Notes: generated by a model not told the origin, from the sequence alone. 64,000 nt of DNA from Myxococcota bacterium (GCA_040386535.1 JAZKFH010000042.1:96001-160000); one strand, 5' to 3'; shown: positions 46,404 through 56,843, numbered from the stretch's first letter. Program-made: numbers and translations.

Positions 46404-47843
46404 ATGTTCACCCTCCTCCTCCTGGCCTGCGCTCCGGATGCCACCCCCGAGTGTGCCTGTATCAAGGACGATACGGACGCCGTCGTCGACACCGCCCCCG
46501 TCGACACGGATGACACCGATCCTCCCGACACCGCCCCCGTCGACACGGATGACACCGATCCACCCGACACGGCTCCCGTGGACACCGACGACACGGGTGA
46601 CACCGACGACACCGTCGTCCCCCCGCTCCAGGTCTACCTGCTCGCCGGCCAGTCCAACATGGACGGCTACGGCTACGTGAGCGGGTTGCCGCCCTCCCTC
46701 CAGGTGGCCCAGCCGGATGTCCGGCTCTATTGGTCCGGCCTCGCCGCCTGGGCGGACCTCGGCCCCGCGTCCTACGGTTCATTCTACGGCGTGGAATACT
46801 TCGGCCCCGAGGTGACGTTCGGCCGGGCCCTCGCGGACGGCGATCCGGGCGGCAGCTACGCGCTGATCAAGCACGCGGTGGGCGGGACCGACCTGCTCTA
46901 CTATTGGTACCCTGGCACCTACCGGGCCGACCCATCCCAGGGAGAGGGCTATCGGGCCTTCCTCGCGACGATCGACGCGGCCCTGGCCGAGCTCGACGCC
47001 GCCGGCACGGACTGGGAGATCGCCGGCATGATCTGGATGCAGGGCGAATCCGACGCGTTCGAGATCACGCAGGCGGAGGCGTACGGGGCCAACCTCACCA
47101 CGTTCATCGCCCGCGTGCGGGACGATGTCGCGGTGCCCGACCTGCCGTTCTCCATCGGCAAGATCCACTGCCCGACGTGTGTGTACGGCGACATCATCCG
47201 CGCCGGGCAGGACGGCGTCGCCGCGACGGTGCCCCATGTCGTCGCGTTCGACACCAGCGACCTCCCCATCAACGCCGACGGCATCCACTACGACGGCTCG
47301 GGGATGCGCACCCTGGGCGAGCGATTTGTCCAATCGCTCGCGGGTGCGCCGCTCTCCGTCACACCCACCCCGGCCTTCACGCTCACCGGGGGGTTCAACT
47401 CGTACTACACGGGCAATTTCTTCCTCGGGTACAGCTTCACGATCGACCGGCCCATCACCGTGACCGACCTCGGCACCCTCGACTACGGACTCAACGGGCT
47501 GGCGTACGCCTCCGAGGTCGCCATCTACGACGCGGCGACCTCCACCCTCGTCGCGCGGACCACCGTCCCCGCGAACTCCTCGTCGCCGTCCGCCCCGTGG
47601 GGCGCGTGGCGGTACGCGGCGCTGGAGCCGCTCGACCTCGAGCCCGGCAGCTACGTCATCGCGTCGCAGGTGTACCTCGGCTCCGAAGATCTCTACATCT
47701 TCGACGCCGGGTTCAGCGCGGCGGCGGGGTTCACCTGGGTGGAGGGGCGCCACAAGGACTATGCGTCGGTGGGGTTGCCGACGTATGTCACGTCGTTGCC
47801 GGGGAATTGGTTCGGGCCCAACCTGCTCTACGTGGAGCGCTGA
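46404..47843 (+). CDS. Sialate O-acetylesterase (SASA/DUF303, SGNH) lipoprotein
   Basis: LAGQSNMDG, FGPE, WMQGESDA, DGIHY; 39-bp DTAPVDTDDTDPP repeats in the linker. Confidence 0.88.
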   Translation: MFTLLLLACAPDATPECACIKDDTDAVVDTAPVDTDDTDPPDTAPVDTDDTDPPDTAPVDTDDTGDTDDTVVPPLQVYLLAGQSNMDGYGYVSGLPPSLQVAQPDVRLYWSGLAAWADLGPASYGSFYGVEYFGPEVTFGRALADGDPGGSYALIKHAVGGTDLLYYWYPGTYRADPSQGEGYRAFLATIDAALAELDAAGTDWEIAGMIWMQGESDAFEITQAEAYGANLTTFIARVRDDVAVPDLPFSIGKIHCPTCVYGDIIRAGQDGVAATVPHVVAFDTSDLPINADGIHYDGSGMRTLGERFVQSLAGAPLSVTPTPAFTLTGGFNSYYTGNFFLGYSFTIDRPITVTDLGTLDYGLNGLAYASEVAIYDAATSTLVARTTVPANSSSPSAPWGAWRYAALEPLDLEPGSYVIASQVYLGSEDLYIFDAGFSAAAGFTWVEGRHKDYASVGLPTYVTSLPGNWFGPNLLYVER

Positions 47844-47847
47844 TCGG

Positions 47848-48555
47848 TCAGTCCGCGATGATGGCGAGGGCGACCCCCGCGGGGAACCAATCGTTGCACT
47901 CGGGCTCGTCCTCGAGGTCGACGTCGTAGCCGCCGTGCACGAACCGGAATCCGTCCTGCTCCACCTCCTCGGCGTAGGGAACGGTGACAGCAACGCCCTC
48001 GACCACGACATCCATGTCGTATTTTGCGTACATCCCGCATCCGTCGTCTGTCGTGCAGCGGGTGTCCCCCGCGGTGACCTCCATCGGGCCCTCGGGGAGG
48101 GCCTCGCCGGCGCTGGCCTCCGCGACGATCAGCCGGGGGGCGTTGCTGGAGTCCGCGAGGACGAAAATGGCCTCTTCTGGGACGAACCCCCGGAAGGTGT
48201 GCTCGGCGGAGAGGATGACGGAATCGCCGACGGCGAGGAACGTGTCGGAGAGGCCGGGCACGTCCAAGGAGATGGTGTAGTCGAGCCCATCGGTGCCGCT
48301 CAACACGACCACGAGGCCCTCGCCGAGAGGGTGGTTGCCGACCTCCGCGATGCACGCCTCCGGACGCGGGCCCCTGCCGATCGACACCACCGTGCCTTCC
48401 ATGTCAGCTTCCCGCGTGCCGAAGTCCTCGCCTGTCACGCCCCCTCCGCCAAAGCACACGGCGATGGCCGGGACCGTGAGGTCGGGGCAGGTGGCCTCCT
48501 CCTCGGCGGGGGTGTCGCAGGCGGAGAGGAGGGCGAAGAGCATGGGGGTTCTCAT
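47848..48555 (-). CDS. Hypothetical lipoprotein
   Basis: LLSAC lipobox; acidic and Cys-containing. Confidence 0.7.
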   Translation of the reverse strand: MRTPMLFALLSACDTPAEEEATCPDLTVPAIAVCFGGGGVTGEDFGTREADMEGTVVSIGRGPRPEACIAEVGNHPLGEGLVVVLSGTDGLDYTISLDVPGLSDTFLAVGDSVILSAEHTFRGFVPEEAIFVLADSSNAPRLIVAEASAGEALPEGPMEVTAGDTRCTTDDGCGMYAKYDMDVVVEGVAVTVPYAEEVEQDGFRFVHGGYDVDLEDEPECNDWFPAGVALAIIAD

Positions 48556-48619
48556 GGCTTCATCCTCGAATGCAAGCGGTGGTCCACGCGGACCACGCTA
48601 AGCTCTCCCGGAGGCTCAG

Positions 48620-48934
48620 TTGCAGCATCCCACGAAGGTGAACCAGGCCCCTGCCATCCGCCCCACGGCCCGGTTGGTGGCATTGGCGTTGGCGTTGGGC
48701 GCGATGGGCGGCTGCTGCCACGAGGTAGTGGACACCGCGTGTATCGATTGGGAGGAGCCCAGCTGTCCAGCCCCCGAGGTCATCGAGGGAGAGCACTTCG
48801 ACGACACGTCCGTGAACAGCCCGGGGACGTTCTGGCCGGCGCACGAGTACCTGATCGACGGGGTGAGCCACACCGAGCCCGCGAAGTGTTGCTACGAGGT
48901 CACCCGGACGATTTGTACGGAGGAGCTCCATTGA
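48620..48934 (+). CDS. Small Cys-rich putative lipoprotein (start uncertain)
   Basis: Hydrophobic leader with GGCC; CCYEV near the C-terminus. Confidence 0.6.
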   Translation: MQHPTKVNQAPAIRPTARLVALALALGAMGGCCHEVVDTACIDWEEPSCPAPEVIEGEHFDDTSVNSPGTFWPAHEYLIDGVSHTEPAKCCYEVTRTICTEELH

Positions 48935-49704
48935 GGCGCCGCTGTCTGCTTGCTCTCGTCGCCCTCCTGACGCTGTCGGACGCCGCGCGCGCCGCGGAGG
49001 GGAGCACGATCGTCGGCGTGCAGGCCAGCGTCGCCGGCGGGCCGTGGATCGGCACGTCCAACCAGGAGATCGATGCCGAGCTGGCCGGTGTCGACTGGCC
49101 GGAGCTTCCGGCCGTCGCGCCGGAATTCCAGGTTCGTTTCGGGCTCACCGTCTTCGACGCGACGCTCGACCTCCATTTCCAAGGAAATGACCAGCGCGTC
49201 GAGGGGACCTCGGACGAGAGGGAGGGGCTCGAACATCATCGCGTCGCGATCGGAGCGGACCTCGGGTATCGATTCCGGCTCGGGCGCATCTTCACCTTGA
49301 GCCCCTTCGTGGGCATCGGGTCCGTCACGTCCACCCTCTGCCTCGCCGGCCAACCCGACGCGACCTCCTCCCCGTCGAGCCCGCCCTTCGAGCAGGTCCT
49401 CAGGAACCCCGGCCTCGGCATGTGCCTGAAGTCCGCGGAGATTGGCCTCGACGCTGGGCTCGGGTTCGCCGCGAACATGCGGTTCGAGTTCGAGCGGCAG
49501 AAAGGTCAGGCCCTCGCCGGCTACCTGAGCGTCGGGCCGCGGGTCGGCTTCACGCAGCCCCTCGGGAGCGCCCGGACATGGGAGCAGGCCTCCTCCGAGC
49601 TCAGCGTTGACCTGCCGGCGTTCGAAGGTCCGAAAGCCCCGATGGCCGGCGTGTTCGTGGGGATCGAGGCGCAGTTCCGATTCTCCCTGGAAGCGGTTCC
49701 GTGA
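48931..49704 (+). CDS. Secreted, probable outer-membrane beta-barrel protein
   Basis: TTG start coupled to the upstream stop; signal peptide; amphipathic strands ending GIEAQFRF. Confidence 0.6.
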   Translation: MRRRCLLALVALLTLSDAARAAEGSTIVGVQASVAGGPWIGTSNQEIDAELAGVDWPELPAVAPEFQVRFGLTVFDATLDLHFQGNDQRVEGTSDEREGLEHHRVAIGADLGYRFRLGRIFTLSPFVGIGSVTSTLCLAGQPDATSSPSSPPFEQVLRNPGLGMCLKSAEIGLDAGLGFAANMRFEFERQKGQALAGYLSVGPRVGFTQPLGSARTWEQASSELSVDLPAFEGPKAPMAGVFVGIEAQFRFSLEAVP

Positions 49705-49714
49705 GCACCCCGTG

Positions 49715-51145
49715 TCAGCGAGCCGTACCCCCTCCCGGCTCGTCCGTGCCGATGCCGTGCTTCTTCATGAGCCGGTACAGCACGAATCGGCTGCGCAGGC
49801 CCATCGCTTCCGCGGCGACCGCCGCCCGGCCCCCCGCGGCGGCCAGCGCGGCCTCGATCGCCGCACGGTCCGGTGGGGCGGCCGCGGCGGCGGGGCTCAG
49901 CGACAGCTCGCCGCGGACCTCCGGGGTCAACGCGAGGTGATCGGCGGGGCTGGTGGTGATGGCGCGCCAGAGCAGCCGGTGCAGCTCACGGATGTGGAGC
50001 GTGTAGCGGTGGCGTACGAGGGCCTCCACGAGGTCGGGGTGAACCCGGGGGAGACCGTCGGCGCCAAAGAAGCGGGCGTACACCGCTGGGGTCTCCACCG
50101 CGGCACGCCGTAGCGCCGCCGCCAGCAGGAGAGGAACGTCGTCCGGGCGCGCGTCCAGCCCGGGCAGGAGGATGCGAGTGGTGAGACGCGCGAGGAAGTC
50201 GTGCTTCAACGCCTCGGGATCGCGGTTGGTCGCGGCGATGAGGCGCAGGTCGGAACGCCGGCTCCGCGACTCCCCGAGGCGCTGATACTCGCCACCCAGA
50301 TCGAGGATCCGGAGCAGGTGCGCCTGCAGCGCGGAGGGCAGCTCGCCGATCTCGTCGAGGAAGAGCGAGGAGCCGTTCGCCTCCCCCACGAGGCCGGGCC
50401 GCTCGGGGCTGCCGACGTTCGGATAGTTGCGGGCGCAGCCGAACAGCTCGGCGTCGACGAGGCTCTCGGGCAGGGTCGCGGCGTTGCGCGACACCAGCGG
50501 TTTGCGCCCGCGCGCAGAGAGGCCGTGCAGCGCCTGGGCCGCCAACTCCTTGCCGACCCCGCTCGGGCCGGTGAGCAGTACGTGGTGAGGGCTCGCGGCC
50601 GCGAAGGCCAGCTCGGCCCGAAGGCGCCAGGCCGGGGCGCTCTCGCCGATCATGCCGAACGCGTCGGGGCCCCCGAACGGGAAGTCCACCGGCGGCAACA
50701 GGCCCGCGAGGCCGGAGAGCGGCTCCCGCCGCACCACCACCAGCACCACGGTGTTCCGGAGGGTGAGGGTGTCCCCCGGGCGCGCCTCCCCCTCGCCGCG
50801 CTCTTCTCCGTTGATCCGGAGCTTGCATCGGCCGATGTTCTCGACCCAGAGGTGTTGGTCGCCCTCCGGCCGTACGCGGACCTGGTCGCGCGAGATCCGC
50901 GGGCTCTGCAGGGCCTCGGCCGTGCCCGGCTGACCGGGGCGCCACCGTCGGAACCGCAACCGGTCCTCCTCCCAGGCCTCGCCTCCCCGCCCGAGCATCC
51001 TCGCGCCGTCGACGCGGGCCGACTCCCCCACACGATTCGGCTCGTCCAACGACCATGCGACGACCAACTCGAGGCGTCCGCCGTCGGTGGCGTCGCGGAG
51101 CTCCCAGGGAAGCTCTTGTTCCGTGAGGGTGGAGGAGGCAGGCAC
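49715..51145 (-). CDS. FHA-domain AAA+ (sigma-54-activator-like) regulator lacking GAFTGA
   Basis: LGRG..ISRDQ (FHA), GPSGVGKE, FLDEIGEL, IAATNRD, C-terminal HTH; ELFGCARNYPNVG in place of ELFGHxxGAFTGA. Confidence 0.88.
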   Translation of the reverse strand: MPASSTLTEQELPWELRDATDGGRLELVVAWSLDEPNRVGESARVDGARMLGRGGEAWEEDRLRFRRWRPGQPGTAEALQSPRISRDQVRVRPEGDQHLWVENIGRCKLRINGEERGEGEARPGDTLTLRNTVVLVVVRREPLSGLAGLLPPVDFPFGGPDAFGMIGESAPAWRLRAELAFAAASPHHVLLTGPSGVGKELAAQALHGLSARGRKPLVSRNAATLPESLVDAELFGCARNYPNVGSPERPGLVGEANGSSLFLDEIGELPSALQAHLLRILDLGGEYQRLGESRSRRSDLRLIAATNRDPEALKHDFLARLTTRILLPGLDARPDDVPLLLAAALRRAAVETPAVYARFFGADGLPRVHPDLVEALVRHRYTLHIRELHRLLWRAITTSPADHLALTPEVRGELSLSPAAAAAPPDRAAIEAALAAAGGRAAVAAEAMGLRSRFVLYRLMKKHGIGTDEPGGGTAR

Positions 51146-51236
51146 GCCCACGGATAACCCAGCGGGTTCCCAACCCGGGCAGATCCGGGCCCGTCGGCGG
51201 TTGCGGCCGCGGTACACGGGCCATAACAAGCAGAAC

Positions 51237-54200
51237 TTGCGTCCGGCGCCGCCCACCGACGAGACCCTCGCGCCGAACGACAGCGAGGCGCCCGCGTGGG
51301 ACGTGACGCCCGCGTCGGACGGCGGTCTCCGCGTGCCGAAGCGGGAGCGCTACGCGCTGCGAGGCGAGATCGCGCGGGGCGGCCTCGGGCGGATCCTCGC
51401 GGCGGAGGATCGGGAGCTCGGCAGGCCGGTCGCGCTCAAGGAGCTGCTCAACGACAGCCCCGGCAATCGCGCCCGGTTCCTGCGGGAGATCCGCTTCACC
51501 GCCCGTCTGCAGCACCCGGCCATCGTGCCCGTCTATGACGCGGTCATCACCGAAGACGGCGTGCTTCGCTACGCGATGAAGCTCGTGAGCGGCACCACCC
51601 TCGCCGAGGCCATCGCCGCCGCGGGCAGCCTGGACGAGCGTCTCGCGCTCCTGCCGCACGTCCTCGCCGTCGCCGACGCGGTTGCCTACGCTCACGCGCG
51701 GGGCGTCATCCACCGGGACATCAAGCCTCAGAACATCCTCGTCGGGAGCTTCGGCGAAACACTCCTGATCGACTGGGGGGTAGCCAAGGATCTGGGCGAC
51801 GCCGAGGAGGATGCCGGCGTCGAGGCGGACTCGGAGGACGCGGGCCTGACGCGGGTGGGCGCGATCGTCGGCACCCCGGCCTACATGTCACCCGAACAGG
51901 CAAGGGGGGAGCCGGCGGATCGCCGCTCGGACGTCTACGCCCTCGGCGCCACCCTGTACCACCTGCTCGTCGGCCGACCCCCGTTCACCGCCGCCGCGGG
52001 CCACACCATCGAGGCCCTGCGCACCGGGCGCCTCCCGGCCCCCGTCGAGACGCTGGTGGCCGAGATCCCGCCCGACCTCGCCCCCATCGTGCGCCGGGCG
52101 ATGGCGGACGCGCCCGCGGCCCGGTACGCCTCGGGCCAGGAGCTCCGGCAGGATCTCCAACGCTTCAGCACCGGCCAGCTCGTGGCCGCGCGGCGCTACA
52201 CCCGCGCCGATCTCGTGCGACGGTGGCTCGCCCGCCATCGTGCCATCGTCGGGGTGGTCGTCCTCGCCCTGCTCGTGGTCATCGCGTCCGGCGGCGTCGC
52301 CACCGCGCGGGTGGTGGAGGAGCGGAACCTCGCGCGGGACGCGCAGGCGGTGGCCGAGGCGCGCAGCGACGCGTTGACGCTGGCCCACGCCGGCCGCAGC
52401 CTCGAGCCCGACCCCACCGAGTCCGCCACCTGGCTCGCGGCGTACCCCCCGGACGGCGTCGACTCCGACCGGCTCTTCGTCCTGGCGCAGGACGTCGTCT
52501 CCCGCGGCGTGGCCCGCGTGGTGGCCCGCCAGCCCGACGTCTCCTGCCAGACGGCCGTGTTCGCCGCGGACGGGCGCGCGGTCTTCGCGGTGGGCGAAGG
52601 AAGCGCGCGGGTGGACGCGCAGACGGGCGAGGTCTTGCGCGGCGCGACACCGGGCCAGGTGGACGTCGTCGTGCCGCTCGGCGCCGACGGCGCGCTGCTC
52701 GCCATGACCGCGGGGACGATCGCCCGGGTCGACGCCGCCGGCAAGGTCACCACGGTCACGACGCTGGCCGCCGCCCCCGCCAACATGGTGACCGATGGCG
52801 CCGTCGCCATCGTGGGGGACCGCGTGGGGGGGATCACCCGGCTCGATCTGGCGACGGGCACGACACGCCTCCTCGTCTCGACCCGCGTGCGCATCAACGG
52901 CCTGGCCCTGCACGGCACGTCGTGGAGCGCCGCCTCGGGGGACGGTTCGGTCTGGACCGGCCCGCTCGACGGGGGCCCGGCACGCGCCCGCTTCCAGAGC
53001 GCCACCCCGCTCCTCCAGCTGGTCGCCCTCAGCGACGGCACGCTCCTCGTCGGCGACAGCGCCGGCGTGGTCACGCGCATCGCCGCCGACGGTCCCCCGC
53101 GGGTCCTCCTCCAGCTCGCCGGTCCCGTCCGCCTGCTCGCCGTGGGGAACGACGATCGGCTCCTCGTCGCCGCCGATGGCAACGGCACCCTACGGGCGGT
53201 GGATCTCGACTCCGGCATCACCACCGCGCCGCCCTGGCCCGAGGCCCTCGTGCTCGGCGTCGACGTCGCGCCGCAGGACGGGATCGTCGCCGCCAACCTC
53301 GAGGACGGCACCCTGCACGCGTGGCGGCCCGCGACCGGCGAGGTGCAGACACGGCGGGGGCGGAGCAAGGTGGCCGGGCCGGTGGCGTTCTCCCCCGACG
53401 GCGCCTCCCTGGTGACGTGCGCGATGGACAGCAGCGTGCGGATCTGGCCGACGCCGAGCCTCCGGGGGGCGGTGCACCGAGGCCACACGGGGCCGATCTT
53501 CCATCCGATCTTCCTGCCCGACGGCCGGGTGGCCACCGACAGCGACGATCAGACGGTGCGCATCTGGCCGGCCGCCACCAGCGAGGCGCGGGTGCTCCAG
53601 GGGCACAGCGACCGGGTCTACGGCCTGGAGGCGAGCCCCGACGGGCGCCACCTCCTGAGCGCGTCGAATGACGGCCTCGCCATCGTGTGGGACACGACGA
53701 CCGGCGAGAGCCACGTGCTTCGGGGACACGACGGCCGCGTTCGGCGGGCGATCTTCACGGCCGACGGCCAGCGCGTCCTGACGGGCGGTCGCGACGGCAC
53801 GCTCCGCTCGTGGTCCCTCGACGGAACCCCGCTGCGGGTCGCCCCGGCGCACCCAGGCGGCGTGCACTGGCTGACCCTGGACGACGACGGCGGGAGCGTC
53901 TGGACGGTCGGCAAGGACCGCGCCCTGCGCCGCTGGGATCCCGACACCGGAGCGCTCGACACCGTCGCGACGGGCCTCGGATTGGAGGGGGGGCCGATGC
54001 AGCGGACCTTTGCGCTGCCGGGCCAGCGGATCCTCACCTGCACCGACGAACACACGGTGGTCATCGTCTCGGCCGACGGCCAGCTGCAAACCTTCGCCGC
54101 GGCCGACGAGGTCCAGTGCCCGTCCATCCAGCTCTCGCCGGACCGCCGCCTCGCCGTAGTGCCGGTGGGGCCGAAGCCCTGGCTCCTCGACCTGGAGACC

Positions 54201-54533
54201 GGGGAATGGCGCGCGCTGGCGGGGCTCCCCGACACCATCCACGCCGTCGCGTGGTCGCCCGACGGCCGCCTGCTCGCCCTCGCGGGCCTCGACGGCACGG
54301 CGCGCGTGTTGCGCATCTCCGACGGCGCGGTCGGCATCGTGGCGCGGAGCGAAGGCGGCATCCTCGGCGTGGCGTTCTCACCGGATGGACGCCGGCTCGC
54401 GGCGGGAGGCATCGACCACCTCCTCTGGGTGGGGGCGATCGACGAGGCGGCGCTGTTGCCCCGCGATCCGACGGCGTTGCGCGCGCGAATCGCGGGCCTG
54501 ACCCACGCGAAGTTCGACGACGCGGGCCTGTGA
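51237..54533 (+). CDS. Ser/Thr protein kinase with a TM segment and WD40 repeats (start approximate)
   Basis: ARGGLG, VALK, HRDIKPQN, DWG, GTPAYMSPEQ, multiple GH..W repeats. Confidence 0.93.
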   Translation: MRPAPPTDETLAPNDSEAPAWDVTPASDGGLRVPKRERYALRGEIARGGLGRILAAEDRELGRPVALKELLNDSPGNRARFLREIRFTARLQHPAIVPVYDAVITEDGVLRYAMKLVSGTTLAEAIAAAGSLDERLALLPHVLAVADAVAYAHARGVIHRDIKPQNILVGSFGETLLIDWGVAKDLGDAEEDAGVEADSEDAGLTRVGAIVGTPAYMSPEQARGEPADRRSDVYALGATLYHLLVGRPPFTAAAGHTIEALRTGRLPAPVETLVAEIPPDLAPIVRRAMADAPAARYASGQELRQDLQRFSTGQLVAARRYTRADLVRRWLARHRAIVGVVVLALLVVIASGGVATARVVEERNLARDAQAVAEARSDALTLAHAGRSLEPDPTESATWLAAYPPDGVDSDRLFVLAQDVVSRGVARVVARQPDVSCQTAVFAADGRAVFAVGEGSARVDAQTGEVLRGATPGQVDVVVPLGADGALLAMTAGTIARVDAAGKVTTVTTLAAAPANMVTDGAVAIVGDRVGGITRLDLATGTTRLLVSTRVRINGLALHGTSWSAASGDGSVWTGPLDGGPARARFQSATPLLQLVALSDGTLLVGDSAGVVTRIAADGPPRVLLQLAGPVRLLAVGNDDRLLVAADGNGTLRAVDLDSGITTAPPWPEALVLGVDVAPQDGIVAANLEDGTLHAWRPATGEVQTRRGRSKVAGPVAFSPDGASLVTCAMDSSVRIWPTPSLRGAVHRGHTGPIFHPIFLPDGRVATDSDDQTVRIWPAATSEARVLQGHSDRVYGLEASPDGRHLLSASNDGLAIVWDTTTGESHVLRGHDGRVRRAIFTADGQRVLTGGRDGTLRSWSLDGTPLRVAPAHPGGVHWLTLDDDGGSVWTVGKDRALRRWDPDTGALDTVATGLGLEGGPMQRTFALPGQRILTCTDEHTVVIVSADGQLQTFAAADEVQCPSIQLSPDRRLAVVPVGPKPWLLDLETGEWRALAGLPDTIHAVAWSPDGRLLALAGLDGTARVLRISDGAVGIVARSEGGILGVAFSPDGRRLAAGGIDHLLWVGAIDEAALLPRDPTALRARIAGLTHAKFDDAGL

Positions 54534-54548
54534 GCCGCCGGTCACGCG

Positions 54549-55637
54549 TCAGTGGCGCCAGGCCGAGACGACCACCAGCGGGTGCCCGTCTACGGTGAGG
54601 GCGCACGCGGGCCCGAGCGCGACGACGGCCACGCCCTCCGGCAGGTCCGGGACCCCGCCCGGATCGACGGGGATGGGGCGCAGGCCCGCGGCGCGCAGCC
54701 GGCGGGACCAGTCGGCCGCGGGCGCGTGGCGTTCCACGCGGGCGGCCCCCTCGCCGACCACGACGTTGTGGATCTCGCGGCCGAAGAACTGGCCTTCGAT
54801 GACCGCCCGCGCCGCCGGGCCCGCGGGCAGGCACCGGTCGAGGACCTGGAAGACGAGCCCGTAGTGGTGGAGAGCGGCGTCGAGACGGTCGGGGAAGGCG
54901 GGCGCGTCGTGGTCGGCCTCCGGCTCACAGAGCACGATCGCGTCGGCGCCGGTGGCGGCGAGGCGGCGGAGGGTGTCGTCGCGGTCGGCCGCACCGGTGT
55001 GGTGCAGCGCGAACGCGGCGTTGATGGTGAGGCATTCGCCGTGCCGCGCCGCGGGCAGGTCGACGTCTTCGATTCGGCCCGGCAGGGCGGTGAAGGTGAA
55101 CGGAACGCCGCAGGCGGCGGCCACCCCGGCGAGCCGGGCGCCGACCGCATCCAGGGCGGCGGCGGGGTCCGATCCGGGGGCGGGCAGATCGATGCCGACG
55201 AGGTGCAGGCGGGGGGCCCCTCCGGGCCGCCGGCCGAGGTCGCGGAGCAGGGGCTCCCACTGGCTACCCAGGCCGAGGCCGATGTCGAGGATGCACACGG
55301 AGGCGGCATCGCCGATGGCGGCGAGGTGGGCGGCGTTGGCGGCGTGGTGGGCGAAGCGGACGAGCGGGGTGTCCCGGACGAACACCTCGAACGCGCCGAG
55401 CATCTCGGCGGGGCCGGCGGCGCCGCCGTAGAGGTTCCCGATGTCGGCGGCGGCGCCCTGGCGGCGGGCGAGCAGGGCCCCCACCACGAGGCGCGCGAGC
55501 CGCTCCCGTGGGCCGGAGGGCGCCTCGGTGTCGGCGAGCAAGGCGTCGAGCGATTCGCCGACTTCGGGATCGCGCGCGGCGAGCAGGCGCCCTGCCGCTT
55601 GGACGCGCTCCAGGATGTCGGGTTGGGTGGTCAGCAT
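54549..55637 (-). CDS. GRAS-domain protein (bacterial, methyltransferase-like fold)
   Basis: All GRAS blocks in order: PRERLA (LHRI), PLVRFAHHAAN..VCILDIGLGLGSQW..L..RPGGAPRLHLVGI (VHIID), VGARLAGVA..GVPFTF (LHRII), EPEADH..F..RL..ALHHY (PFYRE), GREIHNVV..EG..RVERH..W..VSAWR (SAW). Confidence 0.92.
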   Translation of the reverse strand: MLTTQPDILERVQAAGRLLAARDPEVGESLDALLADTEAPSGPRERLARLVVGALLARRQGAAADIGNLYGGAAGPAEMLGAFEVFVRDTPLVRFAHHAANAAHLAAIGDAASVCILDIGLGLGSQWEPLLRDLGRRPGGAPRLHLVGIDLPAPGSDPAAALDAVGARLAGVAAACGVPFTFTALPGRIEDVDLPAARHGECLTINAAFALHHTGAADRDDTLRRLAATGADAIVLCEPEADHDAPAFPDRLDAALHHYGLVFQVLDRCLPAGPAARAVIEGQFFGREIHNVVVGEGAARVERHAPAADWSRRLRAAGLRPIPVDPGGVPDLPEGVAVVALGPACALTVDGHPLVVVSAWRH

Positions 55638-55658
55638 GACACGTCCAAATCAGAAGGT

Positions 55659-56843
55659 TCAGTCAACAGACAGGGAGGTCAGCGCGCGATGGATCCGCTC
55701 GACCCCGCGTTCGAGCTCCCCCATCGACGCGGCGAAGGAGAGCCGTACGTAGCCCTCGCCGCCCGGGCCGAAGCCGACCCCGGGTACGGTCGCCACGCCC
55801 GCGGCGCGGAGGAGATGCCAGGAAAATGCCTCCGAGCCAAGGCCGGTGCCCTCCACGTTCGCGAACACGTAGAAGGCGCCCGCCGGCCGAGCACAGCGGA
55901 TGCCGGGCATCGCCGCGAGGCTGTCACACAGGAAGTCACGACGTTGCCGGAGCGTGGCGACCATGCCGGCGATGTCGCCCTCGGCGCTCCGCCGATACGC
56001 GGTGACACACGCCATCTGCGCGGGTGTGCTCGGGTGGGTGCAGGTCGACAGGCCGATCTTGGTCATGGGGGCGATGTGGGCGGCGGGGCCGGCCGCGAAC
56101 CCGATCCGCCAGCCCGTGACCGCGAAGGTCTTCGAGGCGCTGTGAATGGTGATCGTCCGCTCGGCCATCCCCGGCAGTGACGCCGGGCTCGTGTGGGAGT
56201 GCCCGTCGAAGCGGATGTGCTCGTACACCTCGTCGGAGAGCACGAGCAGATCGTGCTCGCAGGCCAGGGCGGCGAGGGCCTCCAGCCGCGCGCGGTCGAT
56301 CACTCCGCCGGTCGGGTTGCCGGGCGAGTTGAGCAGCAGCACGCGGGTGCGCGGCGTGATGAGGCGGGCGATGTCCTCGACCCGCGGCGTGAACCCCTCG
56401 GAGGCGTGCAGCGGGTAGAAGATCGGCACACCGCCGGCGAGCTGGGTGGACGCGATGTATTGGGGCCACCCCGGCGAGGGCAGGAGCACCTCGTCGCCCG
56501 GGTCGACCGTGGCCTGGAGCGCCTGGTAGAGCGCCCCGGTCGCCCCCGCGGTGACCAGCACCTCGGTGGTGGGGTCGCGGCGAACCGCGTTCTCTCGCTC
56601 GAGCTTCTCGGCGATGGCCTCCCGCAACGCCATCAGGCCGCTGAAGGAGGTGTAGTGCGAAGAGTCCCGCCGCAGCGCGTCGATGTGGGCCTCGCGCAGC
56701 CAGGCCGGCGGCCCGAAGTCGGGCTCGCCCACCTCCAGCCGCACCACGTCGTCCATGCGGGAAGCGGCCTCGAAGATCGCGCGGATCGGCGGCATCGGCA
56801 TCTGGCGGGCGCGGGTCGACACCGCGTGGCGGGGCTCGATCAC
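55659..56843 (-). CDS. PLP-dependent class I/II aminotransferase
   Basis: GEPDF, NSPGNPTG, SDEVY, SASKTFAVTGWRIG (PLP lysine); GTGA overlap with the halogenase stop. Confidence 0.93.
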   Translation of the reverse strand: MIEPRHAVSTRARQMPMPPIRAIFEAASRMDDVVRLEVGEPDFGPPAWLREAHIDALRRDSSHYTSFSGLMALREAIAEKLERENAVRRDPTTEVLVTAGATGALYQALQATVDPGDEVLLPSPGWPQYIASTQLAGGVPIFYPLHASEGFTPRVEDIARLITPRTRVLLLNSPGNPTGGVIDRARLEALAALACEHDLLVLSDEVYEHIRFDGHSHTSPASLPGMAERTITIHSASKTFAVTGWRIGFAAGPAAHIAPMTKIGLSTCTHPSTPAQMACVTAYRRSAEGDIAGMVATLRQRRDFLCDSLAAMPGIRCARPAGAFYVFANVEGTGLGSEAFSWHLLRAAGVATVPGVGFGPGGEGYVRLSFAASMGELERGVERIHRALTSLSVD

